Source: Octopus sinensis
Taxonomy: Eukaryota
Direction of reading: 5' to 3'
Length of the DNA: 64,000 bases
Assembly (NCBI RefSeq): GCF_006345805.1
Contig: NC_043003.1
Coordinates: 94,116,001 to 94,180,000 of the forward strand
Shown: piece after piece, positions 12,024-25,634 of the stretch
Numbering within the stretch: the first letter of the stretch is position 1
Layout: the number at the start of each line of letters is the position of its first letter
The notes under the pieces: generated by a model
Database searches by the model: none
The model's input: only the letters and a program-made list of their open reading frames with translations
What the model was told of the DNA's origin: nothing
Translations under genes and position numbers: made by a program

Positions 12024-12284
12024 TGTATATAACGATGAATAAAATTCCCATCATATAAAAACAGCAAAACTTTAAATATAGCATGCGTATACAAATAAAA
12101 TAAAGCTAATATAGGTATTTTTATTCCTAAACACATCATTATTGCCCCCAACTAACTTAAAGTTGATAAGCAATAATTTCTTTTTATATAATATTCATAA
12201 ATAGCACAATCCCCTGATATATTGTGAAATTTGATTTAATATTAATTGAATTTTTCCCTGTAAGTTTGGAGTTATACTCCCTTT

Positions 12285-12338
<54 letters not shown>

Positions 12339-12860
12339 GTGTGGTGTGTGTGTGTGTGTGTTGTGTGTGTGTGTGTGTGTGGTGCGCGCATATATATAAA
12401 CTTACTGTTAACAAAAGTCGGGATGTGTGGGGTTCAGTTACTTAATGAATGAAAAATGCATTAAATAGTAAAAAAACATACACGTAGGACAGATACAGCA
12501 AGACTCTAATTCTTCTTCAGTTATCAACCGAAATGCTAATACACAATTTTATGTCTTTAATGATAAGACTGACAACTTCGCATATCAGCGACACCCGCAA
12601 AATTTGCGGAGAATTAGGGCTCTAGCAAATAAAAGGATACAGAGTGGATGTACGAAAGTAAACAAATGCAATTTAAAACGATTGACGAAGACGGAATAAA
12701 TACGGTCTTTCGGCCAAACTCGCGAGCATGATGGATAACGCCTATATGTGTATGTGTGTGTGTGTGTTGTGTGTGTGTGTGTGTGTGGTGTGTGTGTGTG
12801 TGATCGTAGGCGACTTTTTTCCTCCGTCTTCCTTTTCTCTTGGACTTTCCTTTTTCTCTT

Positions 12861-12895
12861 GTTTCTGAAGAGGATCTTTGCTGGAAACGTAAAAC
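12861..12895 (+). ncRNA. Minimal type I hammerhead-ribozyme motif (degenerate stem II)
   Basis: gttt-CTGAAGA-ggatctttgctg-GAAA-CGT-A-aaac: canonical core, 4-bp stem I, palindromic ACGU stem III and a GUA cleavage triplet. Confidence 0.65.
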
Positions 12896-12968
12896 TATCT
12901 TTCTTGCCTTCTCCGAGCGTCTGTTGTTTTTACTTATTGTTTTTGCTTCTATATTTGGGATTAATGAG

Positions 12969-13011
<43 letters not shown>

Positions 13012-13199
13012 CAAGTATGAATATATGCATAAACGCATGCAAAAATAGATGCTCAGGTATATTATTCATTCAGCAAACACTCACACATAAATACGCATAT
13101 ATTCTCGCGTTTTGCTGAACGTTTTGCTAAAAGGGGTTTTACTGACTTCTAAACTGAAATAAACAGCGCATTAATACAAGTTGTATCTTATGTATTAAT

Positions 13200-15700
13200 T
13201 GATAGAATGCCTTGATGCAACGAATGTAATCAAGTCGTTAATGGATGACAAAGACCAATGTTGTCATTGATAAATAACTCATAGAAGATATACAGAGAAT
13301 ACGATTGGATTCATTGTAAAATGTGTGTGCGTGGATGTATGGGAAATGGTGATTTAAGAGACTTCCCGTAGTATGACTTATTTCAAAAATTAATGAAGAC
13401 GTATTTGGAATTTCAAGGAGCCATATCACTGACTATAATATGAATAGATGTCCATAGGCAGGTATTGATAGCTTCAAGTTTACCAGTAGTGTTTAGTGGC
13501 TGGTGTTCTTGAATAGGCCCTTTATATTTCGTTTTCATTATTCTGATTTTCACTTCACTTATAGTCTTTGCAAACAAAGTAGTCGGCAAGCACATCTATT
13601 TCCTCGGTGAAACCAATGCAGAGACATAGCGTTTTGCAATGGCTTGGATTTGCTCCACACAAGAATTTATTGATTTCTAATTCTACCTAACCTGATGACT
13701 ATGCGGATCTTCCAAAAGTGTCGTGAATGGAATATGTCCAGCTTTTTTGTTGTCACACTTTTATCTTATACTTATTTCAGTCATTATATTGCATCCATGT
13801 TGGGGCAACGCCATGAAAAATTTTTTTGTCGAATGTATATACCCCAGTACTTGGTTTTTATAAGTCTGGTATTTATTTTCTCGGAATCTTTTTCCGAAAT
13901 GCTAAGTAAACACACCAACACCGGTTGCCAAGAGGTGGGGAGGACAAACAGCAACACAAAGACACACGCACGCACACACGCACACACACTCACACACACA
14001 CACACACATGCACTCACACACACACACATGTGTATATACATATATACGCTGGGCTTCTCAATTATTACTTGCAGAATGTCAGCTAGTGAGTTTGAAATAA
14101 ATCCAAAGCGTGTGACTAGAACGAGCTAATTCAGGATTTATTGCAACTGATCCAATAGTCTGGCACTTTGTTCTTTTTTTTTCTACATGATTTTCTGCTT
14201 ATCTGGGTCTCAGAAGTTACTTTCTGAACTTGCAAGCTTTTTGACAAAGTGATACATTACTTTGCATCATTTCTGTTACCTGCTTCTTCTGCTTCTTAAC
14301 ATTTTATTGACGACCAGTCTTTCTTGTCGATCTTGTAACTCGCCTTAGTTGGTCTAAAGGGGATAATTTTGTGGAAGTTATTTCTATCTCTCTTTCACTG
14401 TTTTTGCTTGTTCTCTCTTATTTATAACCCTGCCTTGGTCATTGAAATTTTATGAACATTTCCCCGAAAACTTTCTACTTCATGTACTCCTACGTTCAAT
14501 AACACATTCTGCACTTTCTGTTATTAATGCTCTGAACATAATTCACTGTTCTTTAAATCTACTGAGAGTTTTCAGTAACTTAAATACATTCCACTGCTTT
14601 CTTTTAAGCTCCAGCTCCTCCAGAGCAAATGGCTGGATGATAGTATGCTTCTTTTCGATCGCGGTTTTAATGGCGCCTTCACTAGTTGGTGATATTCTGC
14701 AACATCAGGACGTTCTGCCATATTTCTACTGAGCATTGAAGCAGACAGTCAATTTAATTGTTAGTTTTCCTATTAAGTGAAACTAGGTGATCTTCTGACG
14801 AGTATTTTCGTAGACCTAGCCGATTGCATTATTAGTTTTCAAATGAATGAATGCTGGACATCAACACTGAGCATTGCTGTAGCTACAGTCAATGTCATTG
14901 ATGATATTCTTATCAAGAGAGTACTATGTCTTCCTGCGGACCGTTTTGTATACAAAATAGGTTTGTCGATGTAGAAGCTGTTTATGTTTTCGAATAGTAG
15001 TAAAGGTTGTTCTGTTTTTTCCTTGTCTCTTTGCTTAACCTATACAACCCGATCGAATGCATCCTCCGATCTCTGCATATAAGCAGCTTATATGACTGGG
15101 AATTTTGTTGGTTACGTTTTGTAGTTACTTACAGAAAGCGGCCTTCTAATTATACAATGCATCTTCAATAGTTACAAAATTTAGACGATGATCGTGTTTC
15201 TACATCTTGGCTGAAAATACGTTACGATGAAGTGTTCCTTGAATAGACTGCAACCTATGTGAATCTGCCTTGGAAGCCTCTTTACATAACACCGCGCTAG
15301 TTTCCCAGCTGTGCTGTTTTTCATGGCTGGAATACTTTATAATTCTGCTAACGCTGCTTATTTTTCCATTTCACTCTAAGCTATCTAATTAATAGGTGTA
15401 TTCTCTCATCAGTTGCATAATTTTCCCGCTTACCTACAATGTTCGTACATTCCAGGAACTGATCATAATTAGGATTTTAGTGTTCAGAATCCTGCTCTTC
15501 AAGAATCCAACTTATTTGCGGACTTTATTCTTATCTTTCCCAAGTAGACGAACTCCAACTCCTCTCATAAACAAAGTTTCTTGTGGAGATTTACTTGCGA
15601 TGTTTTCTCAGTCGTTGCACGCTTATTAAAGATTCAATTTGTTATCATATCACCCAGCCTTCCACCTTTTTCAACCAAGCTTAAGACTGGTTTTGATAGA
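13200..15700 (-). mobile_element. Heavily decayed APE-type LINE (RTE-like), interrupted by a SINE remnant and (CA)n at ~13840-14050
   Basis: Minus strand: IMISSWNVRTL*VSGKIMQLMRE (APE N-terminus, ~15470-15400), DVAEYHQLVKA (SDH-like motif, ~14700), LCIGF.. RT-like remnant at ~13620. Confidence 0.6.
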
Positions 15701-16165
15701 GTTATACAATAATCCCTCACCATATCACGGTTCAACTATTGCGCACTCAGTACATCACGGATTTTTCTGGCTAATATATATACATTTATATCGCGGACTT
15801 CTCAGTATAGCCGGGTTTCTGCGGCCGATAGGTATTTATATTTTTTTAGATTTTAATTATTTTTGTGGGAGGTTTTGGAACGTAACACCCACGATAGTCG
15901 AGGGATTACTGCATATGTGTATGTCGATATTTATGTAAGTATGTGAGTACGGTAGACCCTACGTAAGTTTCTTCCTATGAGACTATTATTCGTTTAGATA
16001 CGTTCAGCATTGATATTTACTTATTCCATATAACTACAACCAAATAATCATCTTACAACTAATCATACAAATAATTTAACAATCAAAATAAAATGAAATA
16101 AAGGAGCATGTATTTATAAAAATAATATACAGTTTACACTTATGATACATATTCAACGTAACTCC

Positions 16166-16357
<192 letters not shown>

Positions 16358-16429
16358 ATAGTTCTCGGCTCGGTAGAAATATGGACGCTTACGAACGTAG
16401 CTCCTAAAACATAGTCGGGGAAATTTTTT

Positions 16430-16961
16430 AACCAATTACCCCAAAATATCTCTATGTATGTCGACGTCCCCGCTTAATTTGAAAGGAAGAAAATCATAAA
16501 TTCTTTGAATTCAAAAGATTTATTGAATCTATTTATATGGAGAATACGATTATAAATATATAAAGTATAAAACAAATGCAATAAAATAGATTGATATCCT
16601 CATTACGAAATGCGACTTTTCAAGAAATTTTTTCACTTAAAGTTCTGGAGAAATGATGTTTCATTTTTGTTACGATTACATCAAAACTGGGGCAAATTGA
16701 TGCCAGACCAAATTAGTTACAGTCTTCGCGATCCAATCGATTGCACTGCTTTGTCTTTACGTTGATTAGATTGGAAAATCTTTGTTTGCAAAGGTAGGAT
16801 GTTGCGAAAAGCAACAACTTTTTGGCTGCCTCCTCACACCAGAAGAAAGGAACACGTTTTTGTTTTAAATAATTTGCTTATGTTTAATAAGTTCTCATTA
16901 CACACAAGAATTTCAGTTTTACCCCACTTGGGGTAATTTACCCTGGATCGCCGAACCCTTG
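16430..16961 (+). mobile_element. Possible hAT-like 3' remnant
   Basis: Ends in ggggtaatttaccctggatcgccgaacccttg, resembling the reverse complement of a CAGGGG..-type hAT terminus. No clean ORF. Confidence 0.3.
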
Positions 16962-17939
16962 TCCTAAAGATGTACTGAATAGTCAAATAACATCATCAAA
17001 ACTAGAATGGAATTTATTAAGAAAATGGAAAAGAACATTTTAATGAATAAAAGATTGATAACGCTGCTTATATTTTTTACACATTTATATTTTATATATA
17101 TATTTTTTGTCAAGTACAAGTTGTGTGTAAAAATCCCTCATCTGTAAAAAGAAACCGACATATAGCAAAATAACCCAACAACATTACTGTATGAATTGGT
17201 AAAAACCCAAAGTATCAACACAAGACTAAATCAAACAGTAAGTACATCAGATATTTTTATCATTACACGCACAAATTACTAATTACATAATGAACACAGA
17301 CACAAACAAGTGAGATTGAGATAAACAAAGCACAAGGCGAAACGAAACAAAATAGATTGTGAAACGAATCAAAGCATTCAGCGAAACGGAACAAAACACA
17401 GAACAAACGAAATGAACTTTTGATATTTAAACACGAAACGACGAAACGAACAAAAGCACATTACAACTTAAATTATCTTCCAATAACATCTAAAATATAT
17501 TTGAGTGGGTGCTAAAAAGGTCCTAGCTTTGAGTGAATGAAAATACAGGAGAACCAGTTGTTATAATTCTGTCCAACATACTCCTATCTCAGATTGACAC
17601 ACAGGAACTTTACAACACCCGCCCTCGTACACATAAATTAGTTATACTGTGAAATAAACCCATTAATAAAGCTACAAATAATGACGAATTTCGAACTGTG
17701 ATTTACTGAGACATCAGGCCCGGGTTGAATAAAAATATGGACGCCTACAAACGTAGCAGCCAAAATATATCTTATTATGATAGTGAGACTTAGGAAGGTT
17801 CTTGGCCTCTAATGTTAGGAATTTTTCCAACGATATAATCTGATATATATATATATGCATAATCAATCTGATAACTTCACCAAAACTAAAATGAAATTTA
17901 CTAGGAAAATATGAAAAACAACATCAAATGTATAAATAT

Positions 17940-19250
17940 ATTAGAATCTTACAGATTACTAACTACGGAAATGAAAGGGGTAAGTTGGAAAGAGTAAATC
18001 AGAGCAGGTTGAGGATGTTAATGAAAACTAAATAAATGGTCCGAGTCCAGAGAAGGCTGTAAATACTTGGGCAATATCGCTACTTAGATATTTAACACCT
18101 GTTGTAGACTGGACAAAATTTGAATTACCAAGTCTAGATAGAACTAGGAAGGAATTTACTATGAATGAAGGATTCCATCCTACAGCAGGATTATCAAAAT
18201 TGCATTTACCTAGAAAGGAAGTTGATAGATATAGGAGACTATGTCTTGTTAGCTAGATTAGATATAGACTGCTATGTCGGTAGTAGTGAAGAAATGTTAT
18301 TAATTGTGCAATAGAAGGAGTTAGAGAAACAAAAGGGAAAAGCAAATGTAGTTAAAAATCAAAGAAACTAAAAGAAACAAGGTTAACTGATTGGAAAAAA
18401 GAAAGCTTTGCATGGTAGATTTCCCAAGATAATTGCAAAAGTATTATGATAGTGAGACTTAGGATACTTAAGAAGGTTCTTGCCCTCTAATGTTAGGAAT
18501 TTTTCCAACGATATAATCTGATGTGCATAAATAATAAAAATAATAATAATAATAATAATAACAACAACAACAACAACAACAATAATAATAATAATAATAA
18601 TAACAATAATAATAGGCAAGAATGAATTCACATGACAATGAATGTGGCAAAAATAATCTCGACATGTCATGTGGCAAGAATAATTCAGACTTGACAATAT
18701 GGCAAGTATTATCCTTTGTAATACTCTGTGGTAATCACGGCCTACAAAGAGCAAAGACGTGGTAAGAGTAAACCCCAGAAAGAGTCACCGAGAATGAGAG
18801 CTTCAGAATCCTGTGAGATACAATGATTCAGTACGATCACCTGATCCTACATTGGAAACCAGACATTGTTGCGGTGAGAAAAAGAAAGAAAGAACGTGCA
18901 TGATAATCGACATAGCGTGTCACTGTGACAACAAGATCAAAGAGAAAGAAGAAAACTGAACAACTACAACGTTTGAAGTGGCAAATACGAAAGTTGTGGT
19001 CAATGAGGAGAGTAGATGTGAATAATAATTGGCGCACTTGGAAGTATCAGCACTCAGCTACCAACATGGTTCAAAAAGATTGGTACAAATGTAAAGGTAG
19101 AACGCCTACAAAAATCAGCATTGCTTAGAACTACAAGAATTCTTCGCAGGGTTCTTCAAGCATGACCAGTAAACTAATGTCGCCTTAGTTTGCTGTGGAC
19201 AGCTGACAATTTCTATCATGCCCAGCAAAATAAGCTTAGAGTTTTTCATC
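17940..19250 (+). mobile_element. R4/Dong-like RLE non-LTR retrotransposon 3' fragment (decayed) ending in (AAT)n
   Basis: KAVNTWAISLLRY, LHLPRKE, and RLE motifs WKPDIVAVRK..IIDIAC and LKWQIRKLWSMRRVDV..IIIGALG. The 3' end abuts an AAT tract at 19251. Confidence 0.8.
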
Positions 19251-19291
<41 letters not shown>

Positions 19292-19513
19292 TGATGAGGA
19301 TGATGATGATGATGATGATGATAATAATAATGATGATAATAATATAATAATAATAATAATAATAAAATAATAATAATAATAATGATTATAACAATAATAA
19401 TAATAATAATAATAATAATGATGATGAGGAGGAGGATGATGATTATGATAATAATAATAATGATGATAATAATATAATAATAATAATAATGATAATAATA
19501 ATAATAATAATAA

Positions 19514-19551
<38 letters not shown>

Positions 19552-19553
<2 letters not shown>

Positions 19554-20107
19554 GCCCTGATGCAGTACCAGGCAGTGGCTCTCATGGCTTCTGATCTTAA
19601 CTGATTGGAAGTGTTATCATGTACATTGTTTTGTCTTGGTATAAAAGATGGTCTACAGCAAATATTCTGCTCAATACCACAGATTTGCTTGTCAGTTGTT
19701 TGACCTTAACCAGTTGAGCATGTCCCTTAGTGGCTGACGATATGTGCATCTCTGATCACGAGCAGAAGTAGTGGGGGAGCATCATAGCCATGTGTTGAGA
19801 GGGATTCTTTGGGGTTTGAATAATTCACCTCTGGAAACATGGGTGGTTCTTTCAACATCCTTAAACAACCCTTATTCAGGGACCTTTTGAGCGGGATGGG
19901 CTACTCAACCTGAAGAAAATTCTAACTGGGCCCCACCTGCAAGGTCATGTGCTGTTTATCTTGATATGAGATCACCATGTCGCGCACATATGGTTGTGAT
20001 GCATGTGCCTGGTGTACTCTTATCAGACGGGTAGTCATGATGGGTATATTGGGCTTCGTATATTTTACCCCAGTGTCACTTTGATGGCATGCACTGCTCT
20101 CTCACTC
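19552..20107 (+). mobile_element. ~555-bp non-coding element embedded in (AAT)n, copy 1
   Basis: High similarity to 20274-20798 and 51212-51598. Ends in gcactgctctctcactc|aataataat. Confidence 0.85.
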
Positions 20108-20132
20108 AATAATAATAATAATGATGATGATG

Positions 20133-20185
<53 letters not shown>

Positions 20186-20188
20186 TAT

Positions 20189-20273
<85 letters not shown>

Positions 20274-20798
20274 GATGCAGTAACAGGCAGTGGCTCTCAA
20301 GGCTTCTCATCTTTACTGATTGGAGGTGTTATCATGTACATTGTTTTGTCTTGGTATAAAAGATGGGCTAACAGTAAATATTCAGCTCAATACCACAGAT
20401 TTGCTTGTCAGTTGTTTGACCTTAACCAGTTGAGCATGTCCCTTAGTGGCTGACTATACGTGCATCTCTGATCATGAGCAGAAGTAGTGGGGGAGCATCA
20501 TAGACCTGTGTTGAGAGGAATTCTTCGGGGTTTGAATAATTCACCTTCGTTCAACATCCTTAATCCTTATTCAGGGACCTTTTGAGTGGGATGGGCTACT
20601 CGACCTGAAGAAAATTCTAGCTGGGCCCCACCTGCAAGGTCATGTGCTGTCTTGATATGAGATCACCATGTCACGCACATATGATTGTGAGGCATGTGCC
20701 TGGTGTGCCCATATCAGACAGGTAGTCACGATGGGTATACTGGGCTTTGTATATTTTACCCCAGTGTCACTTTGTTGGTATGCACTGCTCTCTCACTC
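20274..20798 (+). mobile_element. ~555-bp AAT-associated element, copy 2
   Basis: Same 3' end as copy 1, slightly shorter 5' end and an internal deletion. Flanked by AAT tracts. Confidence 0.85.
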
Positions 20799-20878
20799 AA
20801 TAATAATAATAATAATGATGATGATGATGATGATGATTGATGATGATGATGATGATGATGTTGATGATGATCATAATA

Positions 20879-20946
<68 letters not shown>

Positions 20947-21639
20947 TAACAATAATAATAATATCACTTTTAAAAACATTGTAAATTCTACTTCTAATCA
21001 CGGTAAACATACACAAACATTTTATCATTTTCTGTACATATATCTTTCAATCTTTCACTTCCCAAAAAGTATGTCATTTGTTTCTGTTTAAAGTTTGATA
21101 ATACATTAGTTTAAAAGCAAAAATAGACTACCTAATAATTCCAACCCATGCTGCGATAAATCATCCACATAACTTTAGCATTAAAAGTAATTGTAATCTG
21201 ACTGTTTCTTCATTATCTTTTCATTAACCTAGTTGTTTACATATCATCCTATATCCTATTTCTTCTTTAAAAGCGGCTTATGTCGTCTGGCCATTAATTA
21301 TTTACGCATATAGTAATCATGGGGATGCTTAGAAAATCCTACTTTTAGCAAAGTATATGTTCGGGAAATAGATAACAAGCGTGCGTAAGTGTATGTATTG
21401 CAGCAATGTGCATTTGTATACTGTTTATGTGTGCGGCAAATAAAGGATTATCAATATCGTTATTGTTATTGTTGTTGTTGTTGTTGCTGCTGCTACTGCT
21501 GACGTTGTCGTTGTTGGCGCGAACTGAATAGATTTTGGGATCGATCCCGTATCTGACAAGGGTTCTGGATTATTTTTCCTGTGTTTTTTTTTTTTATTTT
21601 TGAGAGTATTCGTGTTCATTTTTAGTATTCTTGTTTGTG

Positions 21640-23290
21640 AGAGCAGTTGAGTTTATTTCAGATATTCTCATTTTAAAAATCATCTCTGGCTAATCATTGA
21701 GAGGACATCTTAGACATCTTAAACTCATGGTTCTTATATTTCGAGAGTTTATCAATTTTTTTTGCTGAAATGTTTCTATCGATAGGCACTGTCGTATCAA
21801 TTAACAGGCATGTTTTTTAAATTTAAGTCTTTGATGACGATGCCTGGTCTGTTAACATTTATTTGCCTGTCTGTATGTATCCCATGATCCCATAGGATGC
21901 TAACAATCTCTCAGTGACTGCCAATCGATAGCGTTCATGCCAGTTCTTAGGGTGTGGGTTATCATAGTGATGGCATATGCTCCAGTGCAAGTATTGACCA
22001 ACTCGACTGTGCCTGGTTTTATATTCTGTAAGAACAAGAACTGAGCAACCGGTAACAATATGGTCAATACTTTCAGGCTTGTCATTGTACAGTCTACATT
22101 TTGTGTCTGTCTCACTGTATGTGACATAAGATTATTAGTTTCAGTCGAGGAGACTCTAATCTTGTGCCGCTAGTATAAATCTTTCTGTTTCTGCTTTCAA
22201 ACCAGTGTTCTGCAGCTACTGAAGTGTTCTTCTCATGCCTACATCTCCAGCTCGTTTGTGATATTGCCCACGCAATCGTTCTTTTTTCCACAGTCTTGAT
22301 ATTCCCTTCAAGCTCTCCTATTTGGCTTTTGCTGACATCATAATCAGGGCGGTTAAACTCTCATCTGTATTTATATACCTCCTTTTAAATTGATTGAAGT
22401 TTCTTACTCTGTTCGTGTTGCCACACCAGCTATATCAGGCAGTTGGTGTTACTTTGGATGTACATTTGGAGTCCTAAAGTGGTTGTTTTAAAAATCGTTT
22501 GAAATTGTATTAGGCTCCTACCTCCTTCCTTTCGTGGGAGATAGAACCTGTTTTGTATCAGCAGTTTCCTGATATTTATGTCCATACACTGGAGTTCACA
22601 CAGGTTCCAATTGATGACATTAAGGCTATACCGGACGACTGGTACCTCTAGGGAGTTTATAACTACAATTCTATTCTGGGAGTTTAGTTCAGTATTCAGG
22701 ACCATTCTGACACGTTTATAATACTCTTTCCTGGTATTCTCTTTCATTGGTCCGTGCTATCCCTTTCCTTTAGTGTACCGCACATTTGTCACGGCCAATT
22801 TCCATTTTGATGTCATCACTGATTTCTTTTTGCAGTTACCGGTAGGCCTTTTAGATCTTGCCATGATTTGCATATAATTTCAGATCAAGCATATAGAGCC
22901 AATGTGAGATGATTTTATCAAACAATTTGTAGCCATAATTTGTTTTATCTATCTCATGGTATAACAGAATGAGAGTAAGACAGAAGAGGAGATGAGAGAG
23001 TGAATCACCCTGGAATATTCAACGATCTATTCTGATGTTCTCTCGTGGTTGAGAAACAATTTTGTGTTTCACAGTTTCATACTGTGTTGTAGAACATATA
23101 TTACGAAAGGAGAGACCATGCATATATTTTGTGCCTTTAAGATACAGCTATGTGGCACACCATCAAATGCCTAACGATAGTCAATCCATGCTGTGCTTCG
23201 TTTTCGTTTTTGGATGAGTAATTTTCGAGTACCATACGGTTTATTAATAGCTGATCTTTACAAACGTATGAGTTTCTTTTGCACCCTTTT
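21640..23290 (-). mobile_element. R4/Dong-like RLE non-LTR retrotransposon relic (RT-RLE)
   Basis: Minus strand: DQLLINRMVLE, AWIDYR*AFDGVPH, IFQGDSLSHLLFCL, ISHWLYMLDLKLYA (YMDD-like), ORF 22430-22747 KEYYKRVRMVLNTELNS..YLPRKEGGRSL, and RLE ILWDHGIHTDRQINVNRP..CLLIDTTVP. Confidence 0.88.
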
Positions 23291-23499
23291 GTTTAAAGGG
23301 AAGGATGCTGATTTGGTCGAGAAATTGGTACATCCTTTTGGCAAGGACGGTCATAAGTATTATGTACATTAAAGAAATATTCCATATATTGGCAGTGCTC
23401 CCACCACACACATACACACACATACACATATACAAATACACACGCACGCACATACATATCTTTATGTATACAAACACACACATATATATATATATATAT

Positions 23500-24510
23500 G
23501 TGGCTCGGCCCATCCACACCATCCTTGCCAGAGCACTTCCGTGGACCGTGCTTTGCTCTCTCTCTCTCCTCGCACCCGCCCCACCATTACCCGTCTCTCT
23601 TTTCCCCTCACCTACCACCTCTCCAACACACCATTCTCCGTGCCTTCCAGCGACTCCACTTCGCACATCTTCCCCAACCTACTCATCCCCTACTTCAAAC
23701 GAGCCCACAACCTACGTGATCTCGCGGTCCACAGTTTTTTCCCTAAATCCACCTCCCAGCCTGGCTCGTTCCCCTGCTTCCACCCATGCTGCCGAACTTG
23801 CTCCTACCTCTCTATCACCACCATCCTCACACAACCATCATCGCCCCTATCATATCACCGACTCTTTTACCTGCACTTCTAGCAACATCATTTACTGCAT
23901 CTCCTACTCTTTCTGTCCTTCTCTGTACATCGGTCAAACGGAAGGGGACGCCACTTGGTTGACCGGTTCGCGGAGCACCTTTGAGACATTAGATTCGGCA
24001 ACGACACCTCGGTCTCGCTCCATTTTCACTCTACCCATCATTTATCGTGCTCGGATTGTCTTTGCTTAGGAGCCATCTGGACTGTCACCTTCGCCGTGAA
24101 CACGGATTGATCTTCTCTTTTTTGCTCCACATGGGCTCAACTCCCCTCTCCTCTTCATCTGACTTCCCTCCTATCCTCTTTTCACCTGACACCTGCTTCC
24201 TCCCTTCACTCCTACCCACCTTCTCCTTTCATCGATACCCCCTCCATCCAAACCCAGCCCTACCCTACATCGTGACCCCAAACTCACACCTTGCTCTCCT
24301 GTCTAACTACCTTTGTCCAGCCAGCCACCATGATTGACCGCTAGATAAAATTTTTTAAAATTCTTTCTTTGTTTATTTCCTCGTGTTCCTTTCAGTTGAA
24401 GAGCCCAGGCTCGAAACTTAAAAGATTTTCTTACCTTCCCGAGCGTTAAACTACCACTGTTTGTTGTTTATACATCAGTCTTCGTCTTTCGTTCTTCAGT
24501 AAAATTCAAC
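23500..24510 (+). mobile_element. 5'-truncated Penelope-like element: GIY-YIG endonuclease remnant plus 3' terminal repeat
   Basis: FKRAHNLRDL, FPCFHPCCRTC, DSFTCTSSNIIYCISYSFCPSLYIGQT and RFAEHL*DIR are typical PLE GIY-YIG motifs. Hammerhead-like motif at 24389-24424. Confidence 0.88.
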
Positions 24511-25634
24511 TGCCGCTTCGTAGCGGCAGACGAAATACGGCTAAGCATTTCGCCCACCGCGCTAACGTATCTGCCAGCTCGCCGCCTGAACAACAAGAAT
24601 AATAATAAATATTTTTTCATTTGCTGTAACAACAATGTTTCATCTTTTAGTTATATAAACTAAAAATAGATTTCATACTCCAATAGAAGCTAATTGAAGT
24701 TGAGCTTAATTTTTGGGAATCGCAGACAGTGGAAGATATTTACTATTGATGCCTAAATCAGCTTTTCAAAGGTTGTAGAAACTAGTAGAAAGATCACTAC
24801 TGATGTCAGTACATGGATTTAAACTGTAGTATCTGGTTCTTCTATGTCTAATACCATCACAATTTTTTTAGCAGTAGTATTGCTATCGTTTAATGCACGC
24901 ACAAATGTATATATAGACACAGTCTTTCAAATAAAGAATATTTCAATAAAATAAATAACCCAAAAAAACATCTATAACTATATGCGTTAAGTGATTTCAT
25001 AATATTTGCATTGCTGGTGTAACCAAAATTACTTTGTTTTAAATAAACATGTTTTAACATAAATTTTAAACTAAAATAACTGATGTTATTTTAAAATCTA
25101 CACAAAAATTAGGCTTACATTTCTCCGTTACTAAACTATTCATGGATGCTTCTAAAATTTTAAAAATTCAAGAAACAGGCTTATTTAATTGATTTTTACT
25201 CTCTAAAATAACTAAACTATCGCACATCTCTTCAAACACTATTTTGCCTACTCTCACAGTATACGATAAAATATTCTTTTCAATATTTTGCACTACTTTG
25301 TTCTATTTCCTCTCAATCAATTACTTATTTATGGTAACCATAGCCTAATATCTGCTGTTCAATAATTTCTTTAGTCTTGCACCATATGCGACTTCACTCC
25401 TCCCTTTCAATTAAACCACCATTCCTGAAGACATCCAATCTTTACAATTCACTGATGTACAGTGGGGAAAATAAATATTCGTAAATGTCAAAATTCTTTA
25501 TTTATCTAATTTCTAATGAACATAAATGGGATATACCACTACTATACTTGTATACACATGCATAAACTAAGACTATGCAAAAGAAACTAATAAACTATTG
25601 TTACTAAAGAATTTATATACAATTATAAATATTT

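Noticed and set aside
23305-24069. 254-aa ORF as a host gene
   Set aside because: It is a chance fusion of antisense LINE sequence, a microsatellite and a frameshifted Penelope GIY-YIG remnant.
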